From the NCBI GenBank assembly GCA_002189035.1, contig NEEC01000092.1, forward strand, positions 23,036 to 87,035: a stretch of 64,000 nt of DNA, in the 5' to 3' direction. This DNA is from Utricularia gibba. Lineage: Eukaryota; Plantae; Magnoliophyta. How positions within the stretch are numbered: position 1 is the stretch's first letter; each line of letters starts with the position of its first letter. Below are positions 26,201-36,400 of this stretch, in pieces. The notes under the pieces were generated by a model. It saw nothing but the letters and a program-made list of their open reading frames with translations, was not told where the DNA came from and searched no databases. A program made the translations under genes and the position numbers.

Positions 26201-27600
26201 CAGCTTTTCCTTGAGAAACTATGTAGGCAGCCTATAAAGCCGAACGTTAATAAATGCATCAATTTTTTTGCCGAGCTACAAATGACTATGGGCCCGAGCT
26301 CGACTCGACCTCCTGCTCGATACTGTTGCCCCACGAGAGCGCCTTATCAAATATAAAGCATGCGGTTGAAAAACCATTTTGGGTGCTCATGATATCCTAA
26401 CTTCAATAACTGGATCACGATTTCGTCGAGTAGGACCCGATGTGGCAAAGTAGTCAGACCGAACCTTGGGTCTGAACGAAGTTCCCAACGACATCACCCG
26501 CCGAAAAACGACAAGCTTTTCCTTGAGAAACCATGTAGGCAGCCTATTAAAACCCAACGTTAGTAAATGCATCACGTTTTTTGCGAGCTACAAATGAGTA
26601 TGGACCGAGCCGACTCGACCTTTTGCCCGATACCGTGCCCCACTAGAGCGCCTCCTCAAATACAAAGCATGCGATTGAGAAAACCATTTTGGTGCTCATG
26701 AAATCCTAACTTCAATTACTGCATCACGATTTCGTCAAGTAGGACCAGATTTGGCAAAGGAGACAGACCGAACCATGGGTCAGAACGAAGTTCACAACGA
26801 CATCACTCGCCACAAACGACAAGCTTTTCCTTGAGAAAACCATTGAGGCGGCCTATTAAAACAACCGTTAATAAATGCATCAAGTTTTTTGCGAGCTACA
26901 AATGACTATGGGCCCGAGCTCGACTCGACCTCCTACTCGATACCGTTGCCCCACGAGAGTGCCTTATCAAATATAAAGCATGCGGTTGAGAAAACCATTT
27001 TGGGTGCTCATGATATCCTAACTTCAATAACTTCATCACGATTTTCGTCGAGTAGGACCCGATGTGGCAATGGAGTCAGACAGAACCTTGGGTCCGAACG
27101 AAGTTCCAACGACATCACCCGCCCAAAAACGACATGCTTTTCCTTGAGAAACTATGTAGGCAGCCTAATAAAGCCGAACGTTAATAAATGCATCAATTTT
27201 TTTGCCGAGCTACAAATGACTATGGCCCGACCTCGACTCGACCTCCTGCTCGATACCGTTGCCCCACGAGAGCGCCTTATCAAATATAAAGCATGCGGTT
27301 GAGAAAACCATTTTGGGTGCTCATGATATCCTAACTTCAATAACTGCATCACGATTTTCACCGAGTAGGACCCGATGTGGCAAAGGAGTCAGACCGAACC
27401 TTGGGTCTGAACGAAGTTCACAACGACATCACCCGCCCAAAAACAACAAGCTTTTCCTTGAGAAACCATGTAGGCAGCCTATTAAAAACCCAACGTTAAT
27501 AAATGCATCACTTTTTCTTCGGATACAAATGTCTATGTACCCGAACGCAACTCGACCTCCGCCCGATACCGTGCCCCCATAGAGCCTCCTCAAATATAAA
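23235..27600 (+). repeat. Tandem duplication of a 7-monomer HOR (R-S-U-T-Y'-P-Q), 2 x ~2.18 kb
   Basis: Copies 23235-25422 and 25423-27600 share private variants in the same order: actcAacc (23803/25990), attacAatt (~23915/26104), aaaaTgac (~24004/26194), gatacTgtt (24131/26319), caatTactg (~24525/26714), cgtcAag (24546/26733), gcaaTggag (~24882/27067), aacAacaag (~25261/27442). Confidence 0.9.
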
Positions 27601-30600
27601 GCATGCGATTGAGAAAACCATTTTGGGTGCTCATGAAATCCTATTTTCAATAAACGCATCAGGATTTTCGTCGAGTAGTACACGATTGGCACAAGCGCCA
27701 AACAGAACCATGCGCCGGACCAAGATCCCAACGAAAGCACCCGCTTAAAACGGCAAGCTATTCCTTCAAAACCGTGTAGGCAGCCTATTAAAACTCAACG
27801 TTAATAAATGCATCAGTTTTTTGCTGAGCTGCAAATGAGTATGGGACCGAGCCCAACTCGACCTCTGGCCCGATACCGTTGCCCCACTAGAGCGCCTCCT
27901 CAAATATAAAGCATGCGGTTGAGAAACCATTTTGGGTGATCATGACATCCTAACTTCAATAACTGCATCACGATTTTCGTCGAGTAGGACCCGATGTGGC
28001 AAAGGAGTCAGACAGAACCTTGGGTCTGAACGAAGTTCCCAACGACATCACCCGCCGAAAAACGACAAGCTTTTCCTTGAGAAACCCATTGAGGCGGCCT
28101 ATTAAAACCAACCGTTAATAAATGCATCAAGTTTTTTGCCGAGCTACAAATGACTATGGGCCGAGCTCGACTCGACCTCCTGCTCGATACCGTTGCCCCA
28201 CGAGAGTGCCTTATCAAATATAAAGCAAGCGGTTGAGAAAACCATTTTGGGTGCTCATGATATCCTAACTTCAATAACTGCATCACGATTTTCGTCGAGT
28301 AGGACCGATGTGGCAAAGGAGTCAGACCGAACCTTGGGTCCGAACGAAGTTCCCAACGACATCACCCGCCCAAAAACGACATGCTTTTCCTTGAGAAACT
28401 ATGTAGGCAGCCTAATAAACCGAACGTTAATAAATGCATCAATTTTTTTGCCGAGCTACAAATGACTATGGGCCCGAGCTCGACTCGACCTCCTGCTCGA
28501 TACCGTTGCCCCACTAGAGCGCCTCCTCAAATATAAAGCATGCGGTTGAGAAACCATTTTGGGTGATCATGACATCCTAACTTCAATAAATGCATTACGA
28601 TTATCGTCGAGTAGGACCTGATGTGGCAAAGGAGTCTGACCGAACCTTGGGTGTGAACGAAGTTCCCAACGACATCACCCGCCGAAAAACGACAAGCTTT
28701 TCCTTGAGAAACCATGTAGGCAGCCTATTAAAACCCAGCGTTAGTAAATGCATCACGTTTTTTGCGGAGCTACAAATGACTATGGGCCGAGCTCGACTCG
28801 ACCTCCTGCTCGATACCGTTGCCCCACGAGAGTGCCTTATCAAATATAAAGAATGCGATTGAGAAAACCATTTTGGGTGCTCATGACATCCTAACTTCAA
28901 TAAATGCATTACGATTATCGTCGAGTAGGACCTGATGTGGCAAAGGAGTCTGACCGAACCTTGGGTCTGAACGAAGTTCCCAACGACATCACCCGCCGAA
29001 AAACGACAAGCTTTTCCTTGAGAAACCATGTAGGCAGCCTATTAAAACCCAACGTTAGTAAATGCATCACGTTTTTTGCGGAGCTACAAATGAGTATGGG
29101 ACCGAGCCCGACTCGACCTTTGCCCGATACCGTGCCCCACTAGAGCGCCTCCTCAAATACAAAGCATGCGATTGAGAAAACCATTTTGGGTGCTCATGAA
29201 ATCCTAACTTCAATAACTGCATCACGATTTTCGTCGAGTAGGACCCGATGTGGCAAAGGAGTCAGACAGAACCTTGGGTCCGAACGAAGTTCACAACGAC
29301 ATCACTCGCCCAAAAACGACAAGCTTTTCCTTGAGAAAACCATTGAGGCGGCCTATTAAAACCAACCGTTAATAAATGCATCAAGTTTTTTGCCGAGCTA
29401 CAAATGACTATGGGCCCGAGCTCGACTCGACCTCCTGCTCGATACCGTTGCCCCACGAGAGTGCCTTATCAAATATAAAGCATGCGGTTGAGAAAACCAT
29501 TTTGGGTGCTCATGATATCCTAACTTCAATAACTTCATCACGATTTTCGTCGAGTAGGACCCGATGTGGCAAGGAGTCAGACAGAACCTTGGGTCCGAAC
29601 GAAGTTCCCAACGACATCACCCGCCCAAAAAACGACATGCTTTTCCTTGAGAAACTATGTAGGCAGCCTAATAAACCGAACGTTAATAAATGCATCAATT
29701 TTTTTGCCGAGCTACAAATGACTATGGGCCCGACCTCGACTCGACCTCCTGCTCGATACCGTTGCCCCACGAGAGCGCCTTATCAAATATAAAGCATGCG
29801 GTTGAGAAAACCATTTTGGGTGCTCATGATATCCTAACTTCAATAACTGCATCACGATTTTCACCGAGTAGGACCCGATGTGGCAAAGGAGTCAGACCGA
29901 ACCTTGGGTCTGAACGAAGTTCACAACGACATCACCCGCCCAAAAACGACAAGCTTTTCCTTGAGAAACCATGTAGGCAGCCTATTAAAACCCAACGTTA
30001 ATAAATGCATCACTTTTTTTGCGGCTACAAATGTCTATGTACCCGAACGCAACTCGACCTCCGGCCCGATACCGTGCCCCCATAGAGCGCCTCCTCAAAT
30101 ATAAAGCATGCGATTGAGAAAACCATTTTGGGTGCTCATGAAATCCTATTTCAATAAACGCATCAGGATTTTCGTCGAGTAGTACCGATTGGGCAAAGCG
30201 CCAAACAGAACCATGCGGGACCAAGATCCCAACGAAAGCACCCGCTTAAAACGGCAAGCTATTCCTTCAAAACCATGTAGGCAGCCTATTAAAACTCAAC
30301 GTTAATAAATGCATCAAGTTTTTTGCTGAGCTGCAAATGAGTATGGGACCGAGCCCAACTCGACCTCTGCCCGATACCGTTGCCCCACTAGAGCGCCTCC
30401 TCAAATATAAAGCATGCGGTTGAGGAAACCATTTGGTGATCATGACATCCTAACTTCAATAACTGCATCACGATTTTCGTCGAGTAGGACCCGATGTGGC
30501 AAAGGAGTCAGACAGAACCTTGGGTCTGAACGAAGTTCCCAACGACATCACCCGCCGAAAAACGACAAGCTTTTCCTTGAGAAACCCATTGAGGCGGCCT

Positions 30601-32560
30601 ATTAAAACCAACCGTTAATAAATGCATCAAGTTTTTTTCGAGCTACAAATGACTATGGGCCCGAGCTCGACTCGACCTCCTGCTCGATACGTTGCCCCAC
30701 GAGAGTGCCTTATCAAATATAAAGCAAGCGGTTGAGAAAACCATTTTGGGTGCTCATGATATCCTAACTTCAATAACTGCATCACGATTTTCGTCGAGTA
30801 GGACCCGATGTGGCAAAGGAGTCAGACCGAACCTTGGGTCCGAACGAAGTTCCCAACGACATCACCCGCCCAAAAACGACATGCTTTTCCTTGAGAAACT
30901 ATGTAGGCAGCCTAATAAAGCCAACGTTAATAAATGCATCAATTTTTTGCCGAGCTACAAATGACTATGGGCCCGAGCTCGACTCGACCTCCTGCTCGAT
31001 ACCGTTGCCCCACTAGAGCGCCTCCTCAAATATAAAGCATGCGGTTGAGAAACCATTTTGGGTGCTCATGACATCCTAACTTCAATAAATGCATTACGAT
31101 TATCGTCGAGTAGGACCTGATGTGGCAAAGGAGTCTGACAGAACCTTGGGTGTGAACGAAGTTCCCAACGACATCACCCGCCGAAAAACGACAAGCTTTT
31201 CCTTGAGAAACCATGTAGGCAGCCTATTAAAACCACGTTAGTAAATGCATCACGTTTTTTGCGGAGCTACAAATGACTATGGGCCCGAGCTCGACTCGAC
31301 CTCCTGCTCGATACCGTTGCCCCACGAGAGTGCCTTATCAAATATAAAGAATGCGATTGAGAAAACCATTTTGGGTGCTCATGACATCCTAACTTCAATA
31401 AATGCATTACGATTATCGTCGAGTAGGACCTGATGTGGCAAAGGAGTCTGACCGAACCTTGGGTCTGAACGAAGTTCCAACGACATCACCCGCCGAAAAA
31501 CGACAAGCTTTTCCTTGAGAAACCATGTAGGCAGCCTATTAAAACCCAACGTTAGTAAATGCATCACGTTTTTTGCGGAGCTACAAATGAGTATGGGACC
31601 GAGCCCGACTCGACCTTTTGCCGATACCGTGCCCCACTAGAGCGCCTCCTCAAATACAAAGCATGCGATTGAGAAAACCATTTTGGGTGCTCATGATATC
31701 CTAACTTCAATAACTTCATCACGATTTTCGTCGAGTAGGACCCGATGTGGCAAAGGAGTCAGACAGAACCTTGGGTCCGAACGAAGTTCCCAACGACATC
31801 ACCCGCTAAAAAACGACATGCTTTTCCTTGAGAAACTATGTAGGCAGCCTAATAAAGCCCAACGTTAATAAATGCATCAATTTTTTTGCCGAGCTACAAA
31901 TGACTATGGGCCCGACCTCGACTCGACCTCCTGCTCGATACCGTTGCCCCACGAGAGCGCCTTATCAAATATAAAGCATGCGGTTGAGAAAACCATTTTG
32001 GGTGCTCATGATATCCTAACTTCAATAACTGCATCACGATTTTCACCGAGTAGGACCCGATGTGGCAAAGGAGTCAGACCGAACCTTGGGTCTGAACGAA
32101 GTTCACAACGACATCACCCGCCCAAAAACGACAAGCTTTTCCTTGAGAAACCATGTAGGCAGCCTATTAAAACCCAACGTTAATAAATGCATCACTTTTT
32201 TGCCGGGCTACAAATGTCTATGTACCCGAACGCGACTCGACCTCCTGCCCGATACCGGTGCCCCCATAGAGCGCCTCCTCAAATATAAAGCATGCGATTG
32301 AGAAAACCATTTTGGGTGCTCATGAAATCCTATTTTCAATAAACGCATCAGGATTTTCGTCGAGTAGGATTGGGCTTCCCAACGAAAGCACCCGCTTAAA
32401 ACGACAAGCTTTTCCTTCAAAACCATGTAGGCAGCTATTAAAACCAACGTTAATAAATGCATCAAGTTTTTTGCTGAGCTGCAAATGAGTATGGGACCGA
32501 GCCCAACTCGACCTTGGCCGATACCGTTGCCCCACTAGAGCGCCTCCTCAAATATAAAGC
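27601..32560 (+). repeat. Second HOR family: R-S'-V-W-X-Y-P-Q (8-mer) followed by R-S'-V-W-X-P-Q (7-mer)
   Basis: Both units share the rare markers aaagcaAgcgg (28222, 30721) and gggtGtgaac (~28649, 31148). The second unit lacks the Y monomer (X at 31349 is followed directly by P at 31661). Confidence 0.8.
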
Positions 32561-33491
32561 ATGCGGTTGAGAAAACCATTTTGGGTGCTCATGACATCCT
32601 AACTTCAATAACTGCATCACGATTTTCGTCGAGTAGGACCCGATGTGGCAAAGGAGTCAGACAGAACCTTGGGTCAGAACGAAGTTCCAACGACATCACC
32701 CGCCGAAAAACGACAAGCTTTTCCTTGAGAAACCATTGAGGCGGCCTATTAAAACCAACCGTTAATAAATGCATCAAGTTTTTTGCCGAGCTACAAATGA
32801 CTATGGGCCCGAGCTCGACTCGACCTCCTGCTCGATACCGTTGCCCCACGAGAGTGCCTTATCAAATATAAAGAATGCGATTGAGAAAACCATTTTGGGT
32901 GCTCATGACATCCTAACTTCAATAAATGCATTACGATTTCGTCGAGTAGGACCTGATGTGGCAAAGGAGTCTGACCGAACCTTGGGTCTGAACGAAGTTC
33001 CCAACGACATCACCCGCCGAAAAACGACAAGCTTTTCCTTGAGAAACCATGTAGGCAGCCTATTAAAACCCAACGTTAGTAAATGCATCACGTTTTTTGC
33101 GAGCTACAAATGAGTATGGGACCGAGCCCGACTCGACCTTTTGCCGATACCGTGCCCACTAGAGCGCCTCCTCAAATAAAGCATGCGATTGAGAAAACCA
33201 TTTTGGGTGCTCATGAAATCCTAACTTCAATAACTGCATCACGATTTTCGTCGAGTAGGACCGATTTGGCAAAGGAGTCAGACCGAACCTGGGTCAGAAC
33301 GAAGTTCACAACGACATCACCGCCCAAAAACGACAAGCTTTTCCTTGAGAAACCATTGAGGCGCCTATTAAAACCAACCGTTAATAAATGCATCAAGTTT
33401 TTTGCCGAGCTACAAATGACTATGGGCCCGAGCTCGACTCGACCTCCTGCTCGATACCGTTGCCCCACTAGAGCGCCTTATCAAATATAAA

Positions 33492-36400
33492 GCATGCGGT
33501 TGAAAAAACCATTTTGGGGCTCATGACATCCTAACTTCAATAAATGCATTACGATTATCGTCGAGTAGGACCTGATGTGGCAAAGGAGTCTGACCGAACC
33601 TTGGGTCTGAACGAAGTTCCCAACGACATCACCCGCCGAAAAACGACAAGCTTTTCCTTGAGAAACCATGTAGGCAGCCTATTAAAACCCAACGTTAGTA
33701 AATGCATCACGTTTTTTGCGGAGCTACAAATGAGTATGGGACCGAGCCCGACTCGACCTTTTGCCCGATACCGTGCCCACTAGAGCGCCTCCTCAAATAC
33801 AAAGCATGCGATTGAGAAAACCATTTTGGGTGCTCATGAAATCCTAACTTCAATAACTGCATCACACGATTTTCGTCGAGTAGGACCAGATTTGGCAAAG
33901 GAGACAGACCGAACCTGGGTCAGAACGAAGTTCACAACGACATCACTCGCCCAAAACGACAAGCTTTTCCTTGAGAAAACCATTGAGGCGGCCTATTAAA
34001 ACCAACCGTTAATAAATGCATCAAGTTTTTTGCCGAGCTACAAATGACTATGGGCCCGAGCTCGACTCGACCTCCTGCTCGATACCGTTGCCCACGAGAG
34101 TGCCTTATCAAATATAAAGCATGCGGTTGAGAAAACCATTTTGGGTGCTCATGATATCCTAACTTCAATAACTGCATCACGATTTTCGTCGAGTAGGACC
34201 CGATGTGGCAAAGGAGTCAGACAGAACCTTGGGTCCGAACGAAGTTCACAACGACATCACTCGCCCAAAAACGACAAGCTTTTCCTTGAGAAAACCATTG
34301 AGGCGGCCTATTAAAACCAACCGTTAATAAATGCATCAAGTTTTTTGCCGAGCTACAAATGACTATGGGCCCGAGCTCGACTCGACCTCCTGCTCGATAC
34401 CGTTGCCCACGAGAGTGCCTTATCAAATATAAAGCATGCGGTTGAGAAAACCATTTTGGGTGCTCATGATATCCTAACTTCAATAACTGCATCACGATTT
34501 TCGTCGAGTAGGACCCGATGTGGCAAAGGAGTCAGACAGAACCTTGGGTCCGAACGAAGTTCACAACGACATCACCGCCCAAAAACGACAAGCTTTTCCT
34601 TGAGAAAACCATTGAGGCGGCCTATTAAAACCAACGTTAATAAATGCATCAAGTTTTTTGCGAGCTACAAATGACTATGGGCCCGAGCTCGACTCGACCT
34701 CCTGCTCGATACCGTTGCCCCGAGAGTGCCTTATCAAATATAAAGCATGCGGTTGAGAAAACCATTTTGGGTGCTCATGATATCCTAACTTCAATAACTG
34801 CATCACGATTTTCGTCGAGTAGGACCCGATGTGGCAAAGGAGTCAGACAGAACCTTGGGTCCGAACGAAGTTCACAACGACATCACTCGCCCAAAAAACG
34901 ACAAGCTTTTCCTTGAGAAAACCATTGAGGCGGCCTATTAAAACCAACCGTTAATAAATGCATCAAGTTTTTTGCCGAGCTACAAATGACTATGGGCCCG
35001 AGCTCGACTCGACCTCCTGCTCGATACCGTTGCCCCACGAGAGTGCCTTATCAAATATAAAGCATGCGATTGAGAAAACCATTTTGGGTGCTCATGACAT
35101 CCTAACTTCAATAAATGCATTACGATTCGTCGAGTAGGACCTGATGTGGCAAAGGAGTCTGACCGAAACCTTGGGTCTGAACGAAGTTCCCAACGACATC
35201 ACCCGCCGAAAAACGACAAGCTTTTCCTTGAGAAACCATGTAGGCAGCCTATTAAAACCAACGTTAGTAAATGCATCACGTTTTTTGCGGAGCTACAAAT
35301 GAGTATGGGACCGAGCCCGACTCGACCTTTTGCCGATACCGTGCCCCTAGAGCGCCTCCTCAAATACAAAGCATGCGATTGAGAAAACCATTTTGGGTGC
35401 TCATGAAATCCTAACTTCAATAACTGCATCACGATTTTCGTCGAGTAGGACCAGATTGGCAAAGGAGTCAGACCGAACCTGGGTCAGAACGAAGTTCACT
35501 CACTCGCCCAAAAACGACAAGCTTTTCCTTGAGAAAACCATTGAGGCGGCCTATTAAAACCAACGTTAATAAATGCATCAAGTTTTTTGCCGAGCTACAA
35601 ATGACTATGGGCCCGAGCTCGACTCGACCTCCTGCTCGATACCGTTGCCCCACGAGAGTGCCTTATCAAATATAAAGCATGCGGTTGAGAAAACCATTTT
35701 GGGTGCTCATGATATCCTAACTTCAATAACTGCATCACGATTTTCGTCGAGTAGGACCCGATGTGGCAAAGGAGTCAGACAGAACCTTGGGTCCGAACGA
35801 AGTTCCAACGACATCACCGCCAAAAACGACAAGCTTTTCCTTGAGAAACCATTGAGGCGGCCTATTAAAACCAATTAATAAATGCATCAAGTTTTTTGCC
35901 GAGCTACAAATGACTATGGGCCCGAGCTCGACTCGACCTCCTGCTCGATACCGTTGCCCCAGAGTGCCTTATCAAATATAAAGCATGCGGTTGAGAAACC
36001 ATTTTGGGTGCTCATGAATCCTAACTTCAATAACTGCATCACGATTTTCGTCGAGTAGGACCCGATGTGGCAAAGGAGTCAGACAGAACCTTGGGTCCGA
36101 ACGAAGTTCACAACGACATCACCGCCCAAAAACGACAAGCTTTTCCTTGAGAAAACCATTGAGGCGGCCTATTAAAACCAACGTTAATAAATGCATCAAG
36201 TTTTTTGCCGAGCTACAAATGACTATGGGCCGAGCTCGACTCGACCTCCTGCTCGATACCGTTGCCCCACGAGAGTGCCTTATCAAATATAAAGCATGCG
36301 GTTGAGAAAACCATTTTGGGTGCTCATGATATCCTAACTTCAATAACTGCATCACGATTTTCGTCGAGTAGGACCCGATGTGGCAAAGGAGTCAGACAGA

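Larger units (their letters stand above)
11771..33491 (+). repeat. Diversified HOR layer with distinct monomer subtypes (P, Q, R, S, T, U, V, W, M), HOR units of 5-11 monomers
   Basis: The divergent R monomer starts at 13303, 16384, 17927, 21351, 23235, 25423, 27601, 30106 and 32290. Spacings of 3081, 1543, 3424, 1884, 2188, 2178, 2505 and 2184 bp correspond to about 10, 5, 11, 6, 7, 7, 8 and 7 monomers. Markers such as gggtgAtcatg, ttcACcgag and cctatTTtcaataaACgc were seen only in this layer. Confidence 0.85.

Noticed and set aside
34180-34250. CENP-B box-like motif around ttttcgtcgagtaggacccg and ccgaacgaa
   Set aside because: Does not fit TTCG-N4-A-N2-CGGG on either strand.
34100-34345. 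TATA-like (tataaa), poly(A)-signal-like (aataaa) and telomere-like (ttttggg) motifs in each monomer
   Set aside because: Short AT-rich words expected by chance. There is no gene context, and ttttggg occurs singly rather than as a tandem telomeric tract.
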